Source: Acidimicrobiia bacterium (GTDB taxonomy: Bacteria > Actinomycetota > Acidimicrobiia > Spongiisociales > ZC4RG35). From it: 64,000 nt of DNA. The stretch is taken from positions 1,312,001 through 1,376,000 of the forward strand of contig CBDBCY010000004.1 in NCBI GenBank assembly GCA_965203555.1, in the 5' to 3' direction. Positions within the stretch are counted from its first letter, which is position 1. Every line of letters begins with the position of its first letter. The translations under genes were made by a program, and so were the position numbers. The notes under the pieces were generated by a model. It made no database searches, was not told the origin of the DNA, and was given only the letters and a program-made list of their open reading frames with translations. Shown in pieces: positions 30,057-40,448 of the stretch.

Positions 30057-31007
30057 TCAGGAACCGGAAGGGAGTCCAACGGCGAAGCACTCCACCTCAC
30101 GATAGGTCTCCACCGCAGTCAACATCGGAGGCTCATGCCGGCAGCGGTCGAACACCAGCGGGCACCGATCCTGGAAGGAACACCCGGTCGGCAGATCGGT
30201 GGGACTGGGAGTCTCCCCTTCGAGGATGATCCGGGTCCGCACCCTGTCTAGGTCCATGGTGGGCGCCACCGACAGAAGTGCCTTGGTGTAGGGATGGCGA
30301 GGGTCCTCGAAAAGTTCCCGGGTTCGTGCCACCTCCACGATCCTGCCCAGGTACATCACCGCCACCCGGTCGGCGATACGGCGCACCGTGCCCAGATCGT
30401 GGCTGATGAACAGGTAAGAGACCCCCCTGATCTCCTGTATCTTGCGCAGCAGAGCGATCATGCGACCCCTCAGCGACTGATCCAGGCTGGAGGTGGGTTC
30501 GTCGAGCACCACCAGGTCGGGATCGGGCATCAGCGCCCGGGCGATCGCCACCCGCTGCTGCTGGCCTCCCGAGAGCTGTCGCGGGCGACGGTTCCGGAAG
30601 GCCGGGTCCAGGCCCACGAGCTGCAGCATCTCCTCGATGCGCCCGGCGGTCTCCGACCTCGGCACCCCCGCCAGTAACCGGAGGGGCTCGGCCAGCATCG
30701 TCCCGACCGTCATGCGGCGGTTGAGCGACTGCGCCGGATGTTGGAATACCATCTGGATCCGCCGCCGATTCTCCCTCGATGCCGATCCGTCCAGGGACTC
30801 CCCGTCGAAGCGGATGACGCCGTCGGTCGCCCCGGTCAGGCCCGCCACCATCCTGGCCAGGGTGGTCTTCCCGCACCCGGATTCCCCGACCACTCCCACG
30901 GTCTCACCCCGGTCCACGTCCAGGTCCACTCCCCGGACCGCCGGGACCCCGCCGCGCCCCCGGCCGAAGGTCTTGTGGAGTCCCCTCAGTTCAAGGAGCG
31001 CCGACAT
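30057..31007 (-). CDS. Peptide/opine ABC transporter ATP-binding subunit (OppF/DppF-like)
   Basis: [31 protein letters not shown]-terminal GCSFQDRCP. Confidence 0.92.
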   Translation of the reverse strand: MSALLELRGLHKTFGRGRGGVPAVRGVDLDVDRGETVGVVGESGCGKTTLARMVAGLTGATDGVIRFDGESLDGSASRENRRRIQMVFQHPAQSLNRRMTVGTMLAEPLRLLAGVPRSETAGRIEEMLQLVGLDPAFRNRRPRQLSGGQQQRVAIARALMPDPDLVVLDEPTSSLDQSLRGRMIALLRKIQEIRGVSYLFISHDLGTVRRIADRVAVMYLGRIVEVARTRELFEDPRHPYTKALLSVAPTMDLDRVRTRIILEGETPSPTDLPTGCSFQDRCPLVFDRCRHEPPMLTAVETYREVECFAVGLPSGS

Positions 31008-31944
31008 GCGTCTCCTCCACGGCGTGCAGGAAGCAGGCAGAACGGTGGCCCGTCCCCACGGTGAACAGGTCCGGTACCTCCCCGCATTCCTCCCAGGCGT
31101 AACGGCACCGGTGACCGAAGCGGCATCCGACCAGCCCGAAGTCGACCCCGGCTTCGATGACGTGGGGATCCACCTCCTTTTGCACCGAGTCCAACAGATA
31201 GGTGGTGTAGGGATTCTGGGGGCGGCGAAAAATGTCATCCCGGGATCCGTCCTCCATGACCTGGCCGCCGAACAGGACTGTGACAGTGTCGCACATCTCG
31301 GCCACCGCCGCCAGATCATGGGTTATGAACAGGACGCCGGCTCCGGTCTCGGCGACCAGGTCTCTGATCAGATCGAAGATCTGGGCCTGGATGGTGACAT
31401 CCAGTGCGGTGGTGGGCTCGTCGGCGATCAGGATGCGGGGGCGGCAGGCGAGGGCCATGGCGATCATCACCCGCTGGCACATGCCGCCCGAGAGCTGATG
31501 GGGATGGGCTTCGGCCACCCGCGACGCTCCGGGAATGCCCACCCGTCGCAACATCTCGATGCTCTGTGCCCTGGCTTCGGAACGGGCGGAGCCCTGTTGA
31601 AGGGAGAAGACCCGGGCGATCTGTCGACCCACCTTCATGGTGGGATTGAGGGCAGCCTGAGGATGCTGGAAAATCATGGCCATGTCCCCCGATCGGCGAC
31701 TCACCATCATCGTGTCGGGGTCCATCAGTTGGCGACCGTCGATACGGATGCTGCCGGACCGCACCTCTATGCCCTGGGGGAGAAGACCCATCATGGTAAG
31801 AGCGGCCATGGTCTTACCTGAGCCTGACTCGCCCACCAGGCCGACGATCTTTCCCGCCGGCACCCTGAAGGCGACATTTGCCAGGATCGAGGTCGGGCTG
31901 CGGGCCACTCCCACCGTCAGCCCGTCGACCTCCAGCAGGCTCAT
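30991..31944 (-). CDS. Peptide/opine ABC transporter ATP-binding subunit (OppD/DppD-like)
   Basis: [36 protein letters not shown]. Confidence 0.92.
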   Translation of the reverse strand: MSLLEVDGLTVGVARSPTSILANVAFRVPAGKIVGLVGESGSGKTMAALTMMGLLPQGIEVRSGSIRIDGRQLMDPDTMMVSRRSGDMAMIFQHPQAALNPTMKVGRQIARVFSLQQGSARSEARAQSIEMLRRVGIPGASRVAEAHPHQLSGGMCQRVMIAMALACRPRILIADEPTTALDVTIQAQIFDLIRDLVAETGAGVLFITHDLAAVAEMCDTVTVLFGGQVMEDGSRDDIFRRPQNPYTTYLLDSVQKEVDPHVIEAGVDFGLVGCRFGHRCRYAWEECGEVPDLFTVGTGHRSACFLHAVEETHVGAP

Positions 31945-32825
31945 GCCTCCCGGCCTCCGAACTCGTCACCGATGAAGTGGAAGGCCATCGCCGCCAGCAC
32001 GATCATTCCCCCGGGGAAGAAGGAAGTCCACCAGTGTCCCGCATCAATGTCCCGGGCGCCCTCGCTGACCATCACACCCCACTCGGCGGTCGGCGGTTTT
32101 ATGCCCACCCCGAGAAACGCCAGACCCGACACGGTGAGGATGGCCCAGCCGGCCACCAGGGTGGCTGTCACCAGGGAGGGCTGCAGGGAGTTGGGAAGGA
32201 CATGCAGGAATGCCACCCGTGCCGACCGGTTGCCGGCCAGTTTGGCCCCGTCCACGTATTCGAGTTCCCGTTCCGAGAGCGCCTGGGCGCGGGTAAGCCG
32301 GATGAAGTAGGGGACGAACGCCGCGGTGACCGCTATCCCGACGTTGAGCGTGCTGTTGCCGAGCACCGCCACCAGGATCAGAGCGAGCACGAACCCGGGA
32401 AAGGCCAGCACGATGTCGGTCAATCGCATCAGGGTCTCGTCGACGGCGCCTCCCCAGTAACCGGCCACCACACCGATCGCCGAACCGACAACCATCGCGC
32501 AAATGGCTATCAGGATGCCCAGGGTCAGGTCGAGTCGGGCGCTGTGAACGGCCCTGGCGAAGACATCGCGTCCGAAGTTATCGGTTCCCATGGGATGCTC
32601 CAGGGAGGGGGGAAGCAGCGCATTCGCCGGATCGGTGGCCACCGGATCGGCCACGAAGAAGGGACCGACGGCAGCCAGCAGGATGTAGGCAGCCAGGATC
32701 ACCATCCCCACCACCGCCAGGGGCTTGCGGGACGCCAGCGGAAGGACTTGGGCGCGGCTGTCGATGCGGGGAGGAACGAAACGCTCCCGACCGCCGGTAC
32801 GGGCCGGATCGGACACCGGGCTCAT
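31941..32825 (-). CDS. Peptide ABC transporter permease (OppC/DppC-like)
   Basis: HPMGTDNFGRDVF, HVLPNS, LAFLGVG..PPTAEWG. Confidence 0.92.
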   Translation of the reverse strand: MSPVSDPARTGGRERFVPPRIDSRAQVLPLASRKPLAVVGMVILAAYILLAAVGPFFVADPVATDPANALLPPSLEHPMGTDNFGRDVFARAVHSARLDLTLGILIAICAMVVGSAIGVVAGYWGGAVDETLMRLTDIVLAFPGFVLALILVAVLGNSTLNVGIAVTAAFVPYFIRLTRAQALSERELEYVDGAKLAGNRSARVAFLHVLPNSLQPSLVTATLVAGWAILTVSGLAFLGVGIKPPTAEWGVMVSEGARDIDAGHWWTSFFPGGMIVLAAMAFHFIGDEFGGREA

Positions 32826-33847
32826 GCCACCACCTTCTGTCCCAACTTGATACGGGGGTCGATCCAGCTGTATACGAAGTCGATGACAACGTTGAGGACG
32901 ATGTAGAGCAGCCCCACGGTGATCACGAAACCTTGAAGAGCCTCCAGATCGTTGACCCGTAGCGCCTCGTAGGCGTACCGGCCGACACCCGGCCAGGCAA
33001 AGATCAACTCGACGATGATGTTCCCTCCCAGCATGTATCCGAAGATGATGCCGATGGCTGTCGTCACCGGGATGAGGGCGTTGCGGAAACCGTCCCGGAA
33101 CAGCACCTCCCGCCCCCGAACCCCCAGTGCTCGGGCGGTGCGAACGTACTCGCTGTCGAGAACTTCGATCATCGAGGAGCGAACGATCTTGATGATGGGC
33201 GCCGACAGGACGAATCCCACGGTAATGGCCGGCAGGGCGAGGTAGCGGAAAGCCTCCCACATGAGACCCCAATTCCCCGCCAGAGCGGCGTCGACGGTGA
33301 AAAACCCGGTGACGGTGTCAGGCGGTTGGGTGATGATGGCCAGCCTTCCGACCGGGCCCGGAAACCAGCCGAGCTTGAAGAAGAACACGAAAGTCAGCAT
33401 CAGACCCAGCCAGAAGAACGCCATGGATGATCCGAGCACCGCCACCACTCGCGCCACCCTATCGATCCAGGTGTCCCGCCGGGCGGCTGCCGTGATGCCG
33501 ATCGGAACTCCGGCCAGAACCGCCAGTAGGACCGCGTAGAAGGCAAGTTCCAGGGAAGCGGGCAACCGGATGAGCAGTTCCTCGGTGACCTTGCCGCCCG
33601 TTCTGATCGAGGTCCCCAAGTCACCGGTGACCGCATTCCGCGCATAGTTGACGAACTGCACTCCCACGGGATCGTTCAAACCGAACTGTTCCCTTATCTG
33701 CTCGAGTTTCTCCTCCGACGCGTAGGGGCCGGCACGTACCGCGGCGGCGTCACCGGGCAGGACCCGCATGATGAAGAACACCACCACCACTATGCCGGCC
33801 ACGGTGACCACCGACACCAGCAGTCTTCTTCCCAGATATCTCCACAT
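32822..33847 (-). CDS. Peptide ABC transporter permease (OppB/DppB-like)
   Basis: PGD, GDLGTS, RLPASLEL, YVRTARALG, RNALIP, VELIFAWPGVG. Confidence 0.92.
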   Translation of the reverse strand: MWRYLGRRLLVSVVTVAGIVVVVFFIMRVLPGDAAAVRAGPYASEEKLEQIREQFGLNDPVGVQFVNYARNAVTGDLGTSIRTGGKVTEELLIRLPASLELAFYAVLLAVLAGVPIGITAAARRDTWIDRVARVVAVLGSSMAFFWLGLMLTFVFFFKLGWFPGPVGRLAIITQPPDTVTGFFTVDAALAGNWGLMWEAFRYLALPAITVGFVLSAPIIKIVRSSMIEVLDSEYVRTARALGVRGREVLFRDGFRNALIPVTTAIGIIFGYMLGGNIIVELIFAWPGVGRYAYEALRVNDLEALQGFVITVGLLYIVLNVVIDFVYSWIDPRIKLGQKVVA

Positions 33848-33873
33848 CCGTCGTGAAATACCCTACCGAGAGA

Positions 33874-33902
33874 GGGCGGGGCCGGGCTCGCCGTCCCCGC
33901 CC
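33874..33902 (-). terminator. GC hairpin between the substrate-binding and permease genes (mRNA stabiliser/partial terminator)
   Basis: GGGCGGGG (33874-33881) and CCCCGCCC (33895-33902) inverted repeat. Confidence 0.45.
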
Positions 33903-33915
33903 AACTCTCATTGGC

Positions 33916-35718
33916 TTAGCAGTCCGGGATCTTCGACATTTCGGTGAAGACCGGTATCCGGGTGTAGTCCTGCACAACGCCGGTGACGCACTTGTGAGTG
34001 ACCGCCGTCCGATCCGAGGACCACAGCGGCGCCCAAACCGCCTGGTCCAAGAAGATCTGCTGCGCCTGGGAGGAGACGTCCTGGCGAACCGCCGGGTCGG
34101 TGGTGAAGGTGCCCTGCTGGACAAGAGCGTCGTACGCCTCGTTGCAGAAACGGGCGTAGTTGACGAACTGTCCGCACGTGGTCAGGAACCTCATCTGGTA
34201 GAAGGGATCCTCACCCCATGAGAACCAGTCGTGGATGAACAGCGGCAGTTCGTTGGCGTTGATCCGGCCCGAGAAATCACCGTCGGGCAGGATTTGCACG
34301 TCAACCGTGACTCCGACCTGGCGGAGGGCGTCCTGGATCAACACCGCCGCCTCCTGGTCGCCGAGGCGTGATTCGCGCACTCCCAGCACCAGATTCACGT
34401 CACCCAGGCCCGATGCTGCCAGATGCGCACGGGCCGCGTCCAGGTTTTGGCTGAAGTTGGCGCCGATCGAAGAGTCATGGGTCTCCATGTTGGAGGTCAC
34501 AACCCCTGCGGCCGGTGATGCGAATCCGTACATCACGTTGTCGATCAGCGCCTGATAGGGTACGGCGCTGACGATGGCCTGACGCAGATGGAGGTTGTCC
34601 ATCGGCGCGATGGTCTGGTTCATGGCCAGGTAGTGGACGCCGGTGGTCTGACTCGCCCAGATGGTGACATTCGGGTCATCCGCCAGAACCGCCAGCAGCT
34701 TGGGCGGGATCCCCGTAGCCACGTCTATCTCACCGGCCGAGATCAGGCGCGCCTTTTCATTGGCGTCGGGGATCGGCCTGATGATGACACCTGCATTTGG
34801 CAGATTCCCTGCGTTCCAATAGCCGGGATTGGGTTCGAGCACCACTTCATTGTCCGGGTCGAACTTGGCCACGTAGTAGGGTCCCGATCCGCCGCCCTTG
34901 TCGTTGTAGTAGGCAAAGGCCCACGGATCATCCTCGGTGGCGTTGGCGTCGGCCTCGGCCCGGTTCATCGCTCCGAACACCTGGAAGGTGAGGAACCTGC
35001 GGAACAGGGGACTCTGAACGGTGGTCTCCACCTCGAAGGTGTAATCGTCGATCACCCTGATCTGGTCGGTGCTCGAAATGCCCACGAACGGAAGCAGCAG
35101 TCCTATGTATCCGGGACCTTCGATGGAACGGTCGAACACGTATTTGTAATCGTTGGCGGTCACCGGAGTGCCGTCGGCGAAGGTCTGTCCCTGGCGGATC
35201 GTGAAGCTGGCCAGGAAACCGCCATCGGCCGTTTCCTGGATGTCGAAAGACTCGGCGCCGGCGCCGACATGGTCGACGAACGACCCTTGCAACAAACCGT
35301 TGGGCTGTTCCTCCAGGACCTGTTTGATCAGAGGCTCGTAGACCGCGTTGGTAACCGCATAGGCGGAGGTGGTGCGGAAGGTGTGCAACTCGATCAGGTT
35401 GGGTGTGTCAGCCAGTGAAGCCACTATCACCGGCTTATCAACGATCACTTCCATTTCCTCGGCGGCGGTCGTGGCCGGCGCCTCATCCATCTCCTCAGCG
35501 GCGGTCGTGGTGGGCGCCTCGTCCATCTCCTCAGCGGCGGTCGTAGCCGGCGCCTCATCCATCTCCTCGGCGGCGGTCGTAGCCGGCGCCTCTTGGGCCG
35601 CGGTCGTGGTCGCAGCGGGCTCCTCCTCGTCAGCTGCGCACGCCGCCGCCGCCAGAGCCAAGGCGAGCAGGATTGCTATCCCCTTCGCTTGAAGCCGCCA
35701 TAGTCGTGTGTTTCGCAC
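33916..35718 (-). CDS. Family-5 ABC substrate-binding lipoprotein
   Basis: Lipobox LAAAAC, FADGTPVTA.D, GSGPY, LRQAI; AGGAGG SD. Confidence 0.92.
   Translation of the reverse strand: MRNTRLWRLQAKGIAILLALALAAAACAADEEEPAATTTAAQEAPATTAAEEMDEAPATTAAEEMDEAPTTTAAEEMDEAPATTAAEEMEVIVDKPVIVASLADTPNLIELHTFRTTSAYAVTNAVYEPLIKQVLEEQPNGLLQGSFVDHVGAGAESFDIQETADGGFLASFTIRQGQTFADGTPVTANDYKYVFDRSIEGPGYIGLLLPFVGISSTDQIRVIDDYTFEVETTVQSPLFRRFLTFQVFGAMNRAEADANATEDDPWAFAYYNDKGGGSGPYYVAKFDPDNEVVLEPNPGYWNAGNLPNAGVIIRPIPDANEKARLISAGEIDVATGIPPKLLAVLADDPNVTIWASQTTGVHYLAMNQTIAPMDNLHLRQAIVSAVPYQALIDNVMYGFASPAAGVVTSNMETHDSSIGANFSQNLDAARAHLAASGLGDVNLVLGVRESRLGDQEAAVLIQDALRQVGVTVDVQILPDGDFSGRINANELPLFIHDWFSWGEDPFYQMRFLTTCGQFVNYARFCNEAYDALVQQGTFTTDPAVRQDVSSQAQQIFLDQAVWAPLWSSDRTAVTHKCVTGVVQDYTRIPVFTEMSKIPDC
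35450..35592 (-). repeat. Four tandem 36-bp coding repeats (EAPATTAAEEMD) in the lipoprotein linker
   Basis: Units start at 35450, 35486, 35522 and 35558 on the + strand and are near-identical. Confidence 0.9.
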
Positions 35719-36139
35719 GAGAAACCTCCTTTTTATTTGTCAAGTGATTGGATGTCTGGGCTGTCTGTCTAATTTCCTTCTTTTCTTCCAAAATGCAGAG
35801 GGGTAGCAACGACCGGATCAAGGTGACCCCATGAAGTACAACGGATCTGCTCGTGGCATCCGTTGAATGCCACCTAGGCTACCCCCGGATCAGTCCCGAA
35901 CCGGGCTGAGAGCGAGGTTTTCTACCAGGCGGACACCGATTTGTGGTGGGCATGCAAACACTTTCTACCACGTGGCCCGATGGCTCGATTCAGGTTGCCG
36001 ATGGTGCAGCCGTCGTGACCGGCGACTGCGCACCTGGGAGACGGCTCCTCGTCGCCACCCTCCACTGCCCGGTCTCGCTCAGCGGTCGAAATATCGACTG
36101 CCCTCCCGGGTGCGATGTCAATCCAGGTCAACTTCGCGA

Positions 36140-37690
36140 TCAGGCTGACAATGCCAGATCTCCGACGGCCTTCATCCTGATCCGGACCGCATTTGAGGGA
36201 AGATAGGCCAGGGGCACCTCCTCGATTTCCACCACCTCCACCGTGGCGGGGTCGGCGCCTGCCACAATCGCCCTGCCCACCGCTTCGGAGCGGGCGGACT
36301 CCAAGGCTTGTTCTCTGTGTATGTCGTCGAGAGAGTAGATCCGGTCAACCTCTCCCCCGACCTGGGCGATCGCCGCTCCGATGGCGTTGGCAACCGCAAA
36401 GTTGGCCGGTCGGATCATCTCCCTGACACCCGGGAGATCATCCTCCAACAGGATGGATCCCCCACCCACCACTATCGCCGCCACCGGGTCGGCGCTGGTT
36501 TTCATTCGGTCAACCGTTCGCGCCACCTCGTGGCGGATCCGGTCCAGCGCCCGTCTCGCCATGTCTCGGTCCACCAGGTTGACGGCACTCCGATCCCCGA
36601 TGGACGCCAGGCCACCGGCAACTGCGATGTCGGTGGCGGTGAGCTCTTTTCCACCGAAAACCAGCGCTTGTTCGTCGAGCCGGTAGCCGACACTCTCCGG
36701 ACCGACCGTCACCTCGTCGCCGTCGCAGGCGACCAGCGAACCCCCGCCGATGCCCAGCGACAGCACGTCGGGCATTCGGAAATTGGTGGCCACCCCACCG
36801 ACCTGAACCACCATGGAGGCCTCCCTGGGAAAACCTCCCACCAGGATTCCCACGTCGGTCGTCGTCCCGCCCACATCTATCACGACGCCGTCCGCAACAC
36901 CGCTCAGAAAGGCGGCGCCCCTCATCGAGTTGGTAGGTCCCGAAGCGAAGGTGGCGACCGGGTAGCGGCGGGCATAGTCCAGCCCCAGCAGGGTCCCGTC
37001 GTTCTGGGTAATGAACACCGGTGCGCGCACCCCGGCCTGGGCCACCACCTCCTCGAAGCCATCGAGCACACGGTCGGCGAGGGGACCCAGCGAGGCATTG
37101 AGAATGGTGGCGTTCTCTCTCTCCAAAAGACCAACCCGTCCTATCTCCCGGGAAAGGGATATTTTCACCCCGGGGAGCTCTTCGGTGAACACCGCGGCAG
37201 CCGCAGTCTCCATCTCGGCCGAGACCGGCGAGAACACCGAGGTCAAGGCCACCGAAGTCACGCCGGCTCCCCCGACCTGCGAAGCGACGCGTCTGAGTTC
37301 GTCTTCGTCGAGCGGGGATATCTCCCGCCCATCGAACTCGTGGCCGCCCCGGCACACATAGGTGTGACCACCCAGGGCCCGGCGCAGACGGTCCGGCCAG
37401 TCGGTCATGGGAGGGATTGCCAGGGTCGCCGGCGCCCCGAGGCGAACGGCGGCGGTGGCCGCCAACTGCCGACCCTCCACGACCGCATTGGTGAAATGGG
37501 TGGTGCCGATCATCACCGCTCGAATCCGGAGGGGATCGACCGTCGAGGAGGCGAGTACCCGGCGAAGCGCCGCGCCGATGCCCGATGAGACATCGGGGGT
37601 GGTGGGGGTCTTGACGGCCGCAACAACCTGGCGGCCAGCCATCAAGACCGCATCGGTGTTGGTGCCTCCGACATCGATGCCGAGGCGCAA
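36140..37690 (-). CDS. Hydantoinase A/oxoprolinase-family ATP-dependent protein
   Basis: GIDVGGTNTD, IGTTHFTNA, ERENATILNA, SGPTNSMRGA, DVGGTTTD, ANAIGAA. Confidence 0.9.
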   Translation of the reverse strand: MRLGIDVGGTNTDAVLMAGRQVVAAVKTPTTPDVSSGIGAALRRVLASSTVDPLRIRAVMIGTTHFTNAVVEGRQLAATAAVRLGAPATLAIPPMTDWPDRLRRALGGHTYVCRGGHEFDGREISPLDEDELRRVASQVGGAGVTSVALTSVFSPVSAEMETAAAAVFTEELPGVKISLSREIGRVGLLERENATILNASLGPLADRVLDGFEEVVAQAGVRAPVFITQNDGTLLGLDYARRYPVATFASGPTNSMRGAAFLSGVADGVVIDVGGTTTDVGILVGGFPREASMVVQVGGVATNFRMPDVLSLGIGGGSLVACDGDEVTVGPESVGYRLDEQALVFGGKELTATDIAVAGGLASIGDRSAVNLVDRDMARRALDRIRHEVARTVDRMKTSADPVAAIVVGGGSILLEDDLPGVREMIRPANFAVANAIGAAIAQVGGEVDRIYSLDDIHREQALESARSEAVGRAIVAGADPATVEVVEIEEVPLAYLPSNAVRIRMKAVGDLALSA

Positions 37691-37692
37691 TG

Positions 37693-39978
37693 TCAGCCTT
37701 CCCGCCGATTGTCCATGGCCACCAGCAACTGCTCCGGATCAATGGGGAGCCGGGTGATGTCGGCGCCGGTGGCGTCCGACACGGCATTGGCGATCGCCGC
37801 CCCGACGGGCACTATGGGCGGTTCGGCCACCCCCTTCGCTCCGAAGGGACCCGCCTCGCATGGATGTTCCAGCACGATGATCTCCACATCGGGGATGTCC
37901 ACGGCCAAGGGCAGCCCGTACGATTCCAGGGTGCGGCGGGTGTAACGACCGTCCCGGCTCTCCAAACCCTCCCACAGGGCGTATCCCATCCCCTGGGCGA
38001 CTCCTCCCTGAATCTGGCCGTACACCCCGTCGGGGTTGATCATCCTCCCCACCTCCTGCGCCACGACATACCGGGTGACCCGGACCGACCCGTCGTCGGG
38101 GTCGACCTCCACCTCGGCAAGATGGACGTGATAGGTGGGGACCGGGAAGACGGGGAATAACAGGCCCTCCGCCGAATCCGGGTCCCACTTGGGCAGGGGA
38201 ACGTTGTAGGTTCCGGTGGCGCTGAGAGGCCCGCCGAGACCGTAGGCCGTCCGGGCCACCGTCGCCAGGGGAACCGACCGGGACGGATCGTCGCGGACGC
38301 AGACGCTGCCTTCGCTCAACTCGAGATCGTCGGGGAGCGCTCCCAAAAGGCCCGATGCGATGTTGAAGAGGCGCGGTTTCAACTGTTTGGCGGCCGCCTC
38401 GACGGCCATTCCCACCACATGGGTGGTCCTGCTCCCCTGGGATCCGGCGTCATAGCCTTGCGTGTCGGTGTCCGGGGAGGTGACGAACACCTGCTCGGCG
38501 TCGAGGCCGAACTGGGCGGCGGCTATCTGGCGGACTCCCATGGTCACCGCCCCGCTTCCGTTCTCGGTGGCGGCGGTGGAGACGCCCAGGGAACCGTCCT
38601 GCTGGATGCTGAGGGTTGCCGAACCGGCCAGTGGGTTGGTCAGCCAGATGACTGCGGCCAACCCAACACCTGTGAGGGGACGCTTCGCTGTCTCGTCCCA
38701 GGGAGCGACCTCCTCCACGCTCTCGAAGGCCTCCCGCAGGATATCGGCGTCTTCCAGGGTCTGACCGTTGAGCATGGAGTCTCCGGACTCAAAGAGGTTG
38801 CGCATCCGGAACTCCCGCCGGTCCATGCCGATCGCCTCCGCCAGACGGTCGGTGTGCCGCTCCAGGGCGAAGCAGACATAGGTCCCGCTGACACCCCGGA
38901 AAGCCCCCGTCGGGGCCGTGTTGGTGTAGACGCTCTTGGCCGTCACCCGGGTGGGGCCCACCCGGTACACCGAGCCCACCATGAACATGGGGATGCTGGT
39001 GAGATAGACGGTGTCCCCCGCGTAGGCGCCGCCGTCCATCAGGCACTCGAACTCCCGGGCAACGATCCGCCCCTGCATCGTCACCCCCGACCGGACCCTG
39101 ATCGTGGCGTTCTCCCGGGACATGCAGGAGACGAGATCCTCCCCCCGGTCGTTGACCAGTTGCACGGTACGTCCCGTCAGCGAGGCGCCAATGGCCGCAT
39201 ACTGCTCGAGCCCGAGATCGAGCCGCGCTCCGAACCCGCCTCCGATGTGATGTCCCACCACCCTGACCCGGGAGTCGGCCACTCCCAGAGCCTGGGCCAC
39301 CCTGCTGCGGGCCAGGAAGGGGTACTGATGGGATACATGCAGGGTCCACCGCCAGCCGTCGTAGGAGGCGGTGGCCGACTTGGGTTCCAGGTAGGCCTGG
39401 TACTGGCGGGGAACCGTGTAGGTGTCCTCCACAATTACATCGGCTGTCTCGAAGGCCTCGTCCACTCCCCCGGGATCGGAGGTCAGCACTCCCCCGCAGT
39501 TTCCGCCTTTCGGCCAGGAAGCGGACCCGGGAATTGTCTCGTAGCGGTCCAAGTCGGGATGCAACAAACGGGCGCCGGGTTGGAGCGCTTCGGCCACGTC
39601 GGAAACCGGTTCCCACTCCTCTATCTCCAATTCGATGGCGTCCACTGCCGACCGGGCCTGCCGGGGCGTGTCGGCCACCACCATGGCGATCGGTTCTCCC
39701 TCGTACAACACCTCGTCATCGGCGAAAAAGGGTGTGTCCAGGAGGACCAGGCCGTTGCGGTGCTTCGGCGCATCGGCGGCTGTCACCACCGCGTGGACTC
39801 CCGGGCTCGAGCGAGCCCTTGTCACATCGAGACTGACGACTCCTCCGGCCGCGACGGGGGAACGTAGCAGCCGGGCATGGAGCATCCCGGCCTCCCGGAA
39901 GTCGACACCGTACATCGCCAGTCCCCGCACCTTGGCGTCAGCGTCCGACCGCGGCGTACCCAGACCTATCGCCGTCAT
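37693..39978 (-). CDS. Xanthine dehydrogenase-family molybdopterin-binding large subunit
   Basis: IGGGFG, AFRG, GQIQGG..QG.G.AL, GPFGAKGVAEPP (catalytic Glu). Confidence 0.92.
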   Translation of the reverse strand: MTAIGLGTPRSDADAKVRGLAMYGVDFREAGMLHARLLRSPVAAGGVVSLDVTRARSSPGVHAVVTAADAPKHRNGLVLLDTPFFADDEVLYEGEPIAMVVADTPRQARSAVDAIELEIEEWEPVSDVAEALQPGARLLHPDLDRYETIPGSASWPKGGNCGGVLTSDPGGVDEAFETADVIVEDTYTVPRQYQAYLEPKSATASYDGWRWTLHVSHQYPFLARSRVAQALGVADSRVRVVGHHIGGGFGARLDLGLEQYAAIGASLTGRTVQLVNDRGEDLVSCMSRENATIRVRSGVTMQGRIVAREFECLMDGGAYAGDTVYLTSIPMFMVGSVYRVGPTRVTAKSVYTNTAPTGAFRGVSGTYVCFALERHTDRLAEAIGMDRREFRMRNLFESGDSMLNGQTLEDADILREAFESVEEVAPWDETAKRPLTGVGLAAVIWLTNPLAGSATLSIQQDGSLGVSTAATENGSGAVTMGVRQIAAAQFGLDAEQVFVTSPDTDTQGYDAGSQGSRTTHVVGMAVEAAAKQLKPRLFNIASGLLGALPDDLELSEGSVCVRDDPSRSVPLATVARTAYGLGGPLSATGTYNVPLPKWDPDSAEGLLFPVFPVPTYHVHLAEVEVDPDDGSVRVTRYVVAQEVGRMINPDGVYGQIQGGVAQGMGYALWEGLESRDGRYTRRTLESYGLPLAVDIPDVEIIVLEHPCEAGPFGAKGVAEPPIVPVGAAIANAVSDATGADITRLPIDPEQLLVAMDNRREG

Positions 39979-40448
39979 GTCCCGCTCTCCCTGACTACAC
40001 AACGGACCGCTTCCCGGATTGCGGTGTACCCGGTGCAGCGGCAAATGTTTCCTGCTATCGCTTCATCGACTTCGCGGTCAGGGGGAGACGGATTGCGATC
40101 GAGCAGCGCCGTCAGGGTCATCAGAAAACCCGGCGTGCAGAAGCCGCATTGCACCGCCGCCCGGTCGACAAAGGCCTGCTGGAGAGGGCTCGGTTCTCCG
40201 TGGGGAGTCGCCAGGCCTTCCACGGTTCTGACCTGGCTGCCCGCGGCCGCCATCGCCGGGAATATGCAGGAATGAACAGGCACCCCGTCGACGAGCACCG
40301 TGCACGCCCCGCACTCTCCCTCGTCACACCCCCGCTTGGCACCGGTCAGGTAGAGGCGGTCCCGAAGCGTGTCCAATAGGACTTCGTCGCCGGAAACATC
40401 CACCGTTCGAGGAGTACCGTTGACCTGAAGAGCCAGCCTCTGGCTCAT
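39975..40448 (-). CDS. Xanthine dehydrogenase-family 2Fe-2S small subunit
   Basis: GCDEGECGACTV..C, QCGFCTPG, NICRCTGY. Confidence 0.93.
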   Translation of the reverse strand: MSQRLALQVNGTPRTVDVSGDEVLLDTLRDRLYLTGAKRGCDEGECGACTVLVDGVPVHSCIFPAMAAAGSQVRTVEGLATPHGEPSPLQQAFVDRAAVQCGFCTPGFLMTLTALLDRNPSPPDREVDEAIAGNICRCTGYTAIREAVRCVVRESGT

